Assembly: GCA_045560235.1 (NCBI GenBank)
Contig: JBJKZP010000002.1
Coordinates: 18,332-82,331 of the forward strand
Direction of reading: 5' to 3'
Origin: Fidelibacterota bacterium
Lineage (GTDB): Bacteria > Fidelibacterota > Marinisomatia > Marinisomatales > Marinisomataceae
Length of the DNA stretch: 64,000 nucleotides
Part shown: positions 28,951 to 37,645 of the stretch, piece after piece
Position numbering within the stretch: the first letter of the stretch is position 1
Layout of the letters: each line of letters opens with the position of its first letter
Notes under the pieces: model-generated
What the model was told of the DNA's origin: nothing
Database searches by the model: none
Seen by the model: the letters and a program-made list of their open reading frames with translations, nothing else
Position numbers and translations under genes: made by a program

Positions 28951-31900
28951 TTACAGATCGTAACCAAGTGTAATTGATGTAAATCTGCCCATTTCTGGTC
29001 CTAAGAAAGTTTCTTTGTGAACAACATCTGTGATGTTGTCAATTGATAAACCAACTGACATTCCGTCAATAGCTTCTAAACTCCATTTCGCATTGAAGCC
29101 TAATGTATAGAATGAATCAATATTTCCTGAAGTTCCAGAGAAACCATCAGCAAAATATGAATCTTGATAACGTAAAGTCATACCATAAGCTGATCCTTCT
29201 CCGTTAGCATATTGCATACTTGAACCTAACTTAAATTTAGGCGTATTCATGTTTACAAATTGCTCAACACCTTCAAAGTCTACTGTTAGTGAGCTATCAC
29301 TTAATAGAGACATATTCATTGAGAAAGTCCAGTCTGCATTTGGAAAATAATTCATAGCTACTTCAAGCCCTTGAAGATTTAAATCTTCAGTAAGCTGTTT
29401 ATAACCATAAATTAAATTACCACCATACGGTGATTGTTCAGGAGCAATCATACCAATAGGAGCTTGAGCTACTGTGCCTAATAAAAGACCAGCAAACTCA
29501 TCTGCACCGGTACCATTTCCATTACCACCAGCAGCAGCAGCGTCCCAACCGTTAATCCAATTAACAAGGTTAGCATCGCCAGCAGTTGCTAAATGAGTAA
29601 GAACATTACTTACGTAACTTCCACCATCACCAAGTACAGTAACCATACCTGAGATATTTTGTAAGTTTGTTACATAGTCTGAAATAGTCATATCATAAAC
29701 ATCTACAGATAGTGTCATGTTATCACTAACCTGACCTTTATAACCAAACTCAGTTTGAGCCCAAGTAGTTTCTTTAGTTACAGGGAAATTAGGATATTGT
29801 GTTACAGGATTAACAACTTCAAAGTTCTCGTTAATCGTAACGTTGCTATAAGAATCTGGAGTAACACTTTGTACCATAGCTAGTACTGCGTTTGAAGCAG
29901 CAGCAGCTTGAGCGGCACCATAAGCAGCAGCGCCAGCTACGTCACCAGTAGCAGCAGCATAACCTGCAGCAACCTGTCCAGCAAATGCAGCGTTATAACC
30001 AGCACCTTCAGCAGATTGAAGAATAGAACCCATCATAAGAGGAGCCCATATTCCATAAGCCGCAGCATTCATACTGCTATTATTCATTGCATAGTTAGTG
30101 TTGATTCCATCCGCGAACATCTCGGCAACCATTGCTGTTGCTTGATCAACTCCATAAGCAGCAGTTAACTGCGCTAAAACAGCAGCTTCGTATCCAGGTG
30201 TCCAATTTGAACGATAAGTAGGAACTCCATTCTCATCTCTGTGATATGTCCAACCAGTTGTTGTTGAACCCATTGCTTTAACTTGAATATCAGGATTGTA
30301 ACCTAAAGCTGGACCCCATGGGCCTGCAGAAGTAAAGTCAAGTCCTAACCCTTGCTTGTATACAAAATCTCTATACACAGCAATATCTAAGTTTTTAGTG
30401 AAGTTACCTGGAAGATCAATATTTTCTCCATATGTTAGACGGAAAGAACCTCTAACATCTTCTGGAGACCATACGAAAGCAAGTTTTGGAGCAAAAACAT
30501 TATCTGTTCCAATATCTTTCAGATAGTTATTAGTATCCAGTCTTCCAGTACCAACAAATTTAAATTCATCGCTGAATTTCTTTTCATAGGAATAGTAAAC
30601 ACCAAGATTATTAAAATCATCAACCTCTTCATTTTTACCATTAATAGTTCCTTTAGTTTCAGGAGTTCTATCTAGGTAATCAAGTCCCCAAATAACAGTC
30701 TGACCATTATTCATTGGTACAGTGTGTTGTAATTGGAAAGCACGATTTGATGATTCATCATAAACAACATTACCGTTAACTAAACTGTATGTTGTTTTTT
30801 GATCATTTACGTTTGTAAAGAAATTCAAAAAAAGATCCCCACCTAAAACATCTTGTCTGAAGTATGACATTTGAAATTGATATAAATCAACATCGTCAGC
30901 AAATTGTCTTCCAACACCTGTCATTTCAATTGCAGATAAATTTGCATATCTGGTATTGATAGTCAGATTAGATTTTAGATCAGGACGAATTTCTGTTTTA
31001 GTCTCAAATACAGTCGCTTCAGGTGAAAATGGCTCACTTGCAGTGGCTGCATTTAAAGAACCGCCTTCAGGGTCATTGTATTTAACAGCATCATAGTCAA
31101 TAAAAGGATATGAAGTTGTTTGAAGACCTCTTCTAATATATTCTGGCTCAAAGTAGTCATGGCCATCAAGATTAGCTTCAGCTAAAGATCTTGGCATATT
31201 AGATTCCCAGTCATCAAAAGATCTATGACTGAATGATATTCTAGTTGCCGCTTTCGCTCCCCATTGGTGAGCTACACGTCCGTAGATTTTCATGAAATTT
31301 CTATCACCAACAGTAACAGCAACTCTGTTGCCTTGATTAAATGGTGATTTAGTAAATAGAGAAATAACTCCTTGTTGTGTATCAGGACCATACATTGGTG
31401 ATGCTGGACCACGCACTAATTCAACTCTGTCGATATCTGAATCATCAGGAGCGAAGAATTGTAATAATTGTGCATTTACAACAGGAGCTCTTGTCCATCT
31501 ATTGTCAACAACAGCATGAATCGCACCTGAAAATACTCCGTTAAAACCTCTAAGTGTAACATTAGAAGATTCTAAACCTGTTTTCATGTACTCAACACCT
31601 GCTTGATTACCGATTACATCTGCAATAGTAGTTGCGCCTCTAGCTTCAAGTTCATCTCCGCTAAAAACTGTAACACTTGCAGGTGCTTCAGTAACTAATT
31701 CTTTTTTCAAAGATGCAGAAACTACAACTTGATTAAGTCTAATATCGCCTTGATCAAGAATTAGATTTACACTGCTAGCCTTCCCGCCGCTAATAGTAAC
31801 AACTGCGCTAGCATCTTCATATCCAATATAAGATGCAGTAACAGTATACGTACCATCGCTTAGTCCTGAAATGCTAAATGATCCATCTTGGTTAGATGAA

Positions 31901-32055
31901 GCACCAGAATCAGTGCCTTCAACTGCTACATTTGCTCCAGCTAGAGAATTACCATTTTCACCATTTACGGTACCAGTAATACTCTGAGCAAAAAGTGATG
32001 CAACAGAAAAAAGCAGGGCAAACATATATTGAAAACTTGCTTTATTAAGTTTCAT
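28951..32055 (-). CDS. TonB-dependent outer-membrane receptor with an N-terminal CarboxypepD_reg domain
   Basis: 1034 aa. Signal peptide, then a carboxypeptidase-regulatory-like domain (ITGTVNGENGNSLAGANVAVEG...YTVTASYIGYE), a plug domain (VTVFSGDELEARGATTIADV), and a beta-barrel ending in TLGYDL. Confidence 0.85.
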   Translation of the reverse strand: MKLNKASFQYMFALLFSVASLFAQSITGTVNGENGNSLAGANVAVEGTDSGASSNQDGSFSISGLSDGTYTVTASYIGYEDASAVVTISGGKASSVNLILDQGDIRLNQVVVSASLKKELVTEAPASVTVFSGDELEARGATTIADVIGNQAGVEYMKTGLESSNVTLRGFNGVFSGAIHAVVDNRWTRAPVVNAQLLQFFAPDDSDIDRVELVRGPASPMYGPDTQQGVISLFTKSPFNQGNRVAVTVGDRNFMKIYGRVAHQWGAKAATRISFSHRSFDDWESNMPRSLAEANLDGHDYFEPEYIRRGLQTTSYPFIDYDAVKYNDPEGGSLNAATASEPFSPEATVFETKTEIRPDLKSNLTINTRYANLSAIEMTGVGRQFADDVDLYQFQMSYFRQDVLGGDLFLNFFTNVNDQKTTYSLVNGNVVYDESSNRAFQLQHTVPMNNGQTVIWGLDYLDRTPETKGTINGKNEEVDDFNNLGVYYSYEKKFSDEFKFVGTGRLDTNNYLKDIGTDNVFAPKLAFVWSPEDVRGSFRLTYGENIDLPGNFTKNLDIAVYRDFVYKQGLGLDFTSAGPWGPALGYNPDIQVKAMGSTTTGWTYHRDENGVPTYRSNWTPGYEAAVLAQLTAAYGVDQATAMVAEMFADGINTNYAMNNSSMNAAAYGIWAPLMMGSILQSAEGAGYNAAFAGQVAAGYAAATGDVAGAAAYGAAQAAAASNAVLAMVQSVTPDSYSNVTINENFEVVNPVTQYPNFPVTKETTWAQTEFGYKGQVSDNMTLSVDVYDMTISDYVTNLQNISGMVTVLGDGGSYVSNVLTHLATAGDANLVNWINGWDAAAAGGNGNGTGADEFAGLLLGTVAQAPIGMIAPEQSPYGGNLIYGYKQLTEDLNLQGLEVAMNYFPNADWTFSMNMSLLSDSSLTVDFEGVEQFVNMNTPKFKLGSSMQYANGEGSAYGMTLRYQDSYFADGFSGTSGNIDSFYTLGFNAKWSLEAIDGMSVGLSIDNITDVVHKETFLGPEMGRFTSITLGYDL

Positions 32056-32095
32056 TATTTATACCTCTTTTTATTTATTATAAGTTAGTTTTCTT

Positions 32096-32111
32096 CGTGT
32101 CTATAGACACG
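32096..32111. promoter_or_regulatory. Perfect 16-bp palindrome CGTGTCTATAGACACG in a divergent promoter region
   Basis: Verified self-complementary by hand. Its centre lies about 48 bp upstream of the TonB-receptor ATG and about 90 bp upstream of the msrB ATG. It is unusually GC-rich for local intergenic DNA. Confidence 0.5.
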
Positions 32112-32193
32112 GAGTTATCAATTATTTTCAAGGTATAACTATAAATGAAAAAAACCAAACAAAAAATCTAGACTAGTATTAACTTAGTTTTCT

Positions 32194-32691
32194 ATGAAAA
32201 TCTTAAAAAAATATGCAATAATCGCAGTAATGTGTTTAAGCATTAATGCTCAGACAATGGACGAAGTTATGGAAGAAAAAAAATCTAAGTTAACAGATAT
32301 GCAATATTACGTTACTCAAGCATGTGGAACAGAGCCAGCATTTGATAATGAGTACTGGGATCACAAAGAGCCAGGTATTTATGTAGATATTGTATCTGGA
32401 GAAGCTCTTTTTTCCTCGGTACATAAATATGATTCCAACTCTGGATGGCCTTCTTTTTATCAGCCGATCGAAAAGAAGAATGTTACATTTGAACAAGATT
32501 ATGAATTAATTATGCCTAGAACGGAGGTAAAAAGCAAGGAAGGCGATTCTCACCTTGGTCATGTTTTTAATGACGGACCAAATCCTACTGGACTAAGATA
32601 TTGTATTAATTCAGCTGCGCTAAAATTTGTTCCCGTCAAAGAAATGGAAGAAAAAGGATATAAAGAGTATTTGTATCTTTTTGAAACATAA
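32194..32691 (+). CDS. msrB: Peptide-methionine (R)-S-oxide reductase MsrB with an N-terminal signal peptide
   Basis: [15 protein letters not shown] and RYCINS (catalytic Cys) motifs. N-terminal [20 protein letters not shown] looks like a Sec signal. Confidence 0.88.
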   Translation: MKILKKYAIIAVMCLSINAQTMDEVMEEKKSKLTDMQYYVTQACGTEPAFDNEYWDHKEPGIYVDIVSGEALFSSVHKYDSNSGWPSFYQPIEKKNVTFEQDYELIMPRTEVKSKEGDSHLGHVFNDGPNPTGLRYCINSAALKFVPVKEMEEKGYKEYLYLFET

Positions 32692-34035
32692 ATGCAAAAA
32701 GAATCTCGATTAGATGCTTTTATAGCAAATCCTTATAAATCTATGTGGACAATGGCCATGCCTATTATTGCAGGAATGATGGTCCAAACTCTTTTTAATG
32801 TAGTTGATATAATGTTCATTGGATGGCTAGGCGCAGATGAGGTTGCTGCTGTTGCTTTTGTAAGTCCATTATTCTTTATTATTATTGGTCTTGGTGTCGG
32901 AATAGGAACAGGTGCAACTGCTACTATAGCTCAATATATCGGTCAAAAAGATAAAGAAAATGCCGAAAAAACAGCTTCTCAGACTATTTTAATTGGTTTT
33001 TTAAGTACTGTATTTTTGACAGTCTTTGGAGTGATTTATGGAAAAGGATTTTTATCAATTTTAGGTGCAGAAGGAGAAATTTTATCTATAGCATATTCTT
33101 ATTTACGTATTTTAACATTTGGTCTCGGATTAGTCATTTTTTCTATGTTTTTTAGAGCTATTCTTGGAGGAGAAGGTGAAACAAAAATTCCTATGATCAT
33201 TGGTTTAATTGGAACTGTTTTAAACCTCATTTTAGACCCAATACTTATTTTTACGCTTGAATATGGCGTCAGGGGGGCAGCATTTGCTACCGTAATTAGT
33301 CAAATAGCAATGGTAGTATCATATCTATTTATTATTTTTGTAAAAAAATCCACTTATATATCATTCAATATCAGAGACTTTACTTTTAATAATCATATTA
33401 TTTCAAAAATCTTCCAAATTGGAATTCCTTCTTCATTATCAATGCTTATTATTTCATTTGGTCAAGTAGTGATGAATAAGATTCTTATTAACTATTCCAC
33501 AGAGGCAGTTGCAGCTTATCAAATCGTTTCTCGACTAGATATGTTATTATTTATGCCGATTTTAGGAATAGCAATCAGTCTAACAACCATTGTTGGAATG
33601 TTTTATGGAGCCAAAGAATATAAAAAGCTTTTATCGGTAGTTTATTATGGTATCAATAGAGCAGTAATTATTACAACAATATTTGTAATTCTATTTTTTG
33701 TACTAGCAAAAAATATTTTACCTATTTTTAGTTCAAGCTCGTTAGTTGTAGATATTGGAGTGACCTATTTAAAAATCATTATTTTAGCTTATCCAGCTGT
33801 AGGAATAAGTGTTATTTGTTCAAGAGTTTGTCAAGCGCTTGGTCAAGGTGTTCCTTTATTAATTACAACAATTACGCGTGTAATTATTTTGACTGCTCCT
33901 CTATCATATTATTTCTATTATATTGGAAAGCCTTTGGAATGGGTTTGGTTTTCGCAAGTATTTGCAATATTGATTGCTGCAATAATTTCCTATGCTTGGA
34001 TGAGATTTTATTTCAAAAAGTTTAATATTGTATGA
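32692..34035 (+). CDS. MATE-family efflux transporter
   Basis: 447 aa with about 12 TM helices. N-terminal MWTMAMPIIAGMMVQTLFNVVDIMFIG pattern is typical of MATE/NorM. Confidence 0.85.
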   Translation: MQKESRLDAFIANPYKSMWTMAMPIIAGMMVQTLFNVVDIMFIGWLGADEVAAVAFVSPLFFIIIGLGVGIGTGATATIAQYIGQKDKENAEKTASQTILIGFLSTVFLTVFGVIYGKGFLSILGAEGEILSIAYSYLRILTFGLGLVIFSMFFRAILGGEGETKIPMIIGLIGTVLNLILDPILIFTLEYGVRGAAFATVISQIAMVVSYLFIIFVKKSTYISFNIRDFTFNNHIISKIFQIGIPSSLSMLIISFGQVVMNKILINYSTEAVAAYQIVSRLDMLLFMPILGIAISLTTIVGMFYGAKEYKKLLSVVYYGINRAVIITTIFVILFFVLAKNILPIFSSSSLVVDIGVTYLKIIILAYPAVGISVICSRVCQALGQGVPLLITTITRVIILTAPLSYYFYYIGKPLEWVWFSQVFAILIAAIISYAWMRFYFKKFNIV

Positions 34036-34062
34036 TTTCACTCAAAAAGTTAATTTTTTAAT

Positions 34063-34518
34063 ATGAAAGTTTTGAATAATCTTAAAGAAGCTAAGGCATT
34101 GGTTGGCGAAGAGCTTGGATTGAGTGAATGGCAAAGAATTTCTCAAAGACAAATTTCAAGATTTGGTAAAGTTACCGGCGATCAACAATGGATTCATACG
34201 GCTCCTATAAGAGCAAAACTTTATTCACCTTTCAAGACTACAATTGCACACGGTTTTCTTGTATTATCTTTACTCCCAAAGTTCTTAGAAGAAACTTATT
34301 CAATCAAGTCTGCAAAAATGGGAGTGAATTATGGCTTAAATCGCGTAAGATTCACTGCTCCTGTACCGGTAAATAGTTTTGTGCGAGGAAGAGTATTGTT
34401 AAAAGATTTTCAAGAAATTAAAAACGGAGCCAAGTTAACAGTAGAAGTGACTGTTGAGTTGAAAGACAGTAATAAGCCTGCTTGTATAGCAGAACAAGTT
34501 TTTTTGATTTACGAATAA
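34063..34518 (+). CDS. MaoC-like (R)-specific enoyl-CoA hydratase/dehydratase (hot-dog fold)
   Basis: 151 aa. Contains FGKVTGDQQWIHTAP...TTIAHGFLVLSLL, typical of a MaoC dehydratase. Confidence 0.8.
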   Translation: MKVLNNLKEAKALVGEELGLSEWQRISQRQISRFGKVTGDQQWIHTAPIRAKLYSPFKTTIAHGFLVLSLLPKFLEETYSIKSAKMGVNYGLNRVRFTAPVPVNSFVRGRVLLKDFQEIKNGAKLTVEVTVELKDSNKPACIAEQVFLIYE

Positions 34519-34533
34519 GTTTAGGAGGGGAAT

Positions 34534-35232
34534 ATTTCAGAATTATATTTAGTCAGACACGGGCAAGCATCATTTGGTAAAAAAAATTATGACAACTTAA
34601 GCGAAAAAGGTATTAAGCAATCTATTTCTTTAGGTAAAAAATTAAACAAAAAAAATTTAGTCTTTGATAATGTAGTTGTAGGTCCAATGAAAAGGCATAT
34701 TCAAACTTTCAATGGTATAAATAAAGGATATGGTCAGTCTTTAAGCGACCCAATAATTATCGATGAATTTGCTGAGAATCAATTAATGGAAATTGCTCAA
34801 TATTTTATTCCTAAGATGCTAGAAACAAATAAGAATATTAAAGAACTGATGGACGAAGTCCCTTTTTGGAAGAGAAAGAAAACGTTTTTGAAATATTTTA
34901 ATATTATCGCTGAGCAATGGATCAACGATGAATTAGATCTTTCAAATAAGAATTTTGAAAGTTATAAAAGTTTTAAAAGTCGTGTAAAGAATGCAAAAGA
35001 TAAAGTTGCTGAAATAATGAAAGAAGGCTCAAAGACTATGGTTGTATCTTCCGGAGGAACAATTACAGGAATATATGCTCAATGTCATCCGCTTTCAGCT
35101 GAAGAGATTACGCAGCTAAATTTGAAAATCAAAAATGCTTCTATTTCACTTTTTACGAAACAAAATGATACTTTTACATTAAAAGCATTTAATTGTAGTT
35201 TTATACCCAGATATTTAGAAACATACATTTAA
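34534..35232 (+). CDS. Histidine phosphatase (PGAM) family protein, apparently ATT-initiated
   Basis: The catalytic LYLVRHGQASFG motif lies upstream of the first ATG (34687), in the same frame. The frame opens after a TAG at 34522-34524. The only plausible initiator is ATT at 34534, 5 nt after AGGAGG (34523-34528). Confidence 0.7.
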   Translation: MSELYLVRHGQASFGKKNYDNLSEKGIKQSISLGKKLNKKNLVFDNVVVGPMKRHIQTFNGINKGYGQSLSDPIIIDEFAENQLMEIAQYFIPKMLETNKNIKELMDEVPFWKRKKTFLKYFNIIAEQWINDELDLSNKNFESYKSFKSRVKNAKDKVAEIMKEGSKTMVVSSGGTITGIYAQCHPLSAEEITQLNLKIKNASISLFTKQNDTFTLKAFNCSFIPRYLETYI

Positions 35233-35240
35233 GGAGAGTC

Positions 35241-36437
35241 ATGGCAATTTCAACAGAAAAATTTGAAGATATTAAATCTAAAATTCAGCAGTTTATTAAA
35301 GAAGAAATGCTTGCAGATGAAAGTTTTTTTGATATAAATCATAAGTTTGCTGATTATTTACCATTCCTTGAAGAAAAAAGAAACAAAGTCAGAGAGATGG
35401 GCCTATTTGCACCGCAAATCCCTAAAGACCATGGCGGTTTGGGATTAAGCTTACATCAGCTTGGACAAATCTATGAAATCTTAGGTCAAACTTTTTATGG
35501 ATTGTATGTATTCAATTGTCAAGCACCAGATGCTGGAAATATGGAAATTTTAATGGAGCATGGAACGGAATATCAAAAAGAAACATTTTTAAATCCATTG
35601 GTGGCAGGAAAAATTAGAAGCTGTTTTTCAATGACTGAACCTGATTACGCTGGGTCTAATCCCATTATGATGGGTACAACTGCTGTTAAAGATGGATCTA
35701 GCTATGTAATTAATGGTCATAAATGGTTTACTTCATCAGCTGATGGAGCAGACTTTGCAATTGCGATGGTTATAACCAATCCTGAAAATCCAAATCCATA
35801 CATGAGAGCATCTCAAATTATCATTCCAACCGATACTGAAGGTTTTAACTTTATAAGAAATATTTCAGTTATGGGCGATGAAGGAGACGGATGGAATGCT
35901 CATGCAGAAATAAAATATGAAAATTGCATTGTTCCAGAGCAAAATGTTTTAGGTCCAGTAGGGGCCGGTTTTAAAATTGCTCAAGATAGACTTGGTCCAG
36001 GAAGAATTCATCATTGCATGAGATGGATCGGTGAATGCGAAAGAGCATTTGAAATGATGTGTGAAAGAGCAGCATCAAGAGAATTAATGCCCGGTAAGCC
36101 TCTTGCTTTAAAGCAAACAGTTCAAAATTGGATTGCTGAATCAAGAGCTGAAATCAACGCCTCAAGACTGATGGTGTTAGATGCAGCAAAGAAAATTGAT
36201 AATGAAGGAGCTTATGCTGCAAAGGTAGAAATATCTACAATTAAATTTTATGTCGCTCAAGTGCTTCAAAATGTGCTTGATAGGGCTGTTCAGGTTCATG
36301 GAGCGTTAGGAATGACAGATGATACACCGTTAGCTTCACTATATAGACATGAACGATCTGCTAGAATATATGATGGTGCAGATGAGGTGCATAAAACTAG
36401 AGTTGCTAAAGAAATAATGAAAAAGTACTTAAAATAA
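35241..36437 (+). CDS. Acyl-CoA dehydrogenase, ACAD10/ACAD11-like subgroup
   Basis: 398 aa. CFSMTEPDYAGSNPIMM...YVINGHKWFTSSADGADFAIAMVITNP resembles the ACAD10/11 C-terminal domain. AAGGAG SD upstream. Confidence 0.88.
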   Translation: MAISTEKFEDIKSKIQQFIKEEMLADESFFDINHKFADYLPFLEEKRNKVREMGLFAPQIPKDHGGLGLSLHQLGQIYEILGQTFYGLYVFNCQAPDAGNMEILMEHGTEYQKETFLNPLVAGKIRSCFSMTEPDYAGSNPIMMGTTAVKDGSSYVINGHKWFTSSADGADFAIAMVITNPENPNPYMRASQIIIPTDTEGFNFIRNISVMGDEGDGWNAHAEIKYENCIVPEQNVLGPVGAGFKIAQDRLGPGRIHHCMRWIGECERAFEMMCERAASRELMPGKPLALKQTVQNWIAESRAEINASRLMVLDAAKKIDNEGAYAAKVEISTIKFYVAQVLQNVLDRAVQVHGALGMTDDTPLASLYRHERSARIYDGADEVHKTRVAKEIMKKYLK

Positions 36438-36441
36438 GTTT

Positions 36442-37599
36442 GTGAGAGTTTTGAGAGTTCCTCTAAAGCTAAAATTCTACTACCTATTATCGCTTTTTGT
36501 TCAAAATAAAAAAACACCTGGTTTTGATGAAGATTTTCCTAGGAATATTCGTTCAGGCGAAGAGTTTGCTCTAGAAAATCTAAAAGCATATTTACAAAAA
36601 AATGATATTGATACAACCGATTTTGAATTAAAGCAGTTTCCGAGCGGATATTCTAATCTAACATATTTTTTAAAAAATTCTTCACAAGAAATGGTTTTAA
36701 GGAGACCGCCTTATGGAGCAAAAAGTTTAAAAGGCGGCCACGATATGCTAAGAGAATATACCGTATTGAAAAACTTAAAATCTCAATTTAATAAAGTTCC
36801 AAAGGTTTATCACTACTGCGATGATAAAAGTATTTTAGGAGCACCATTTTATATAATGGATCGAGTTCAAGGATATATTATAAGGCCAAATCTTCAGCAA
36901 AAAAATTCTCCAGGCAAAGAAGTAATTGAAAAAATATCTAACTCCCTTGTAGATACCTTAGTAGAATTGCATTCAGTTAATATAAAACAAGCAAACCTGA
37001 ATGATTTAGGAAAAATTAATGGCTATGTTAAAAGGCAGGTTGAAGGATGGACAAAAAGGTATTTTCATTCAAAAACTGATTCTATTAGGGATATGGAATT
37101 TGTTGCAAAATGGTTAAATGAAAACCAGCCAAAGGAATCAAAAGAAGCAATTATTCATAATGATTTCAAGTATGATAACTTGGTATTAGATAAGAATAAT
37201 TTTTCTAACATAATTTCTGTATTGGATTGGGAAATGGCTACCATAGGTGACCCTTTTATGGATCTTGGAACTACGCTTGGATATTGGATCGATAGTAATG
37301 ATTTGCCAGAGTTAAAATTATTTCAATTGAGTGCTACTACTTTAGAAGGAAATCCATCCAGAGAGGGCATTCTTGAGATGTATGAAAAGAAATCTGGATA
37401 TACAGTTAATAAACCGGTGTTTTATTATGTATTTGGTCTTTTTAAGATTGCTGTAATAGCTCAACAAATATATTTCAGATACAAAAAAGGATTTACTAAA
37501 GATAAAAGATTTGGATTATTAAACCTCGCTGTAATGTCATTATCAGTTATGGCTAAACAAGCAATAGCTAAAGATAGATTGAGTAATTTGTTTGAATAA
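36442..37599 (+). CDS. APH/ChoK-like phosphotransferase (ACAD10/11 kinase-domain-like)
   Basis: KQFPSGYSNLTYFLKNSSQEMVLRRPP nucleotide-binding region, catalytic IHNDFKYDNLV, and LDWEMATIGDPFMDL. There is no ATG upstream of the conserved region, so the start is GTG 36442 or TTG 36451. Confidence 0.8.
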   Translation: MRVLRVPLKLKFYYLLSLFVQNKKTPGFDEDFPRNIRSGEEFALENLKAYLQKNDIDTTDFELKQFPSGYSNLTYFLKNSSQEMVLRRPPYGAKSLKGGHDMLREYTVLKNLKSQFNKVPKVYHYCDDKSILGAPFYIMDRVQGYIIRPNLQQKNSPGKEVIEKISNSLVDTLVELHSVNIKQANLNDLGKINGYVKRQVEGWTKRYFHSKTDSIRDMEFVAKWLNENQPKESKEAIIHNDFKYDNLVLDKNNFSNIISVLDWEMATIGDPFMDLGTTLGYWIDSNDLPELKLFQLSATTLEGNPSREGILEMYEKKSGYTVNKPVFYYVFGLFKIAVIAQQIYFRYKKGFTKDKRFGLLNLAVMSLSVMAKQAIAKDRLSNLFE

Positions 37600-37629
37600 A
37601 AAAAGGCCTTCAATTGAAGGCCTTTTTTT
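37598..37629. terminator. Bidirectional rho-independent terminator
   Basis: AAAAAGGCCTTC-aatt-GAAGGCCTTTTTTT lies between the convergent kinase and proteorhodopsin genes. Confidence 0.8.
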
Positions 37630-37645
37630 AATTACAATGAATTGA

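Noticed and set aside
32084-32193. The direct 10-mer repeat TTAGTTTTCT at both ends of the receptor/msrB intergenic region, considered as an insertion scar or target-site duplication.
   Set aside because: It is only 10 bp of T-rich sequence in AT-rich DNA. Nothing mobile lies between the copies. Chance or a promoter-element explanation is more likely.
34516-34536. A MaoC-phosphatase fusion by stop-codon read-through; both ORFs are in the same frame.
   Set aside because: Two in-frame stops (TAA 34516-34518 and TAG 34522-34524) separated by one codon make read-through implausible. A perfect AGGAGG sits at the right distance for independent initiation at ATT 34534.
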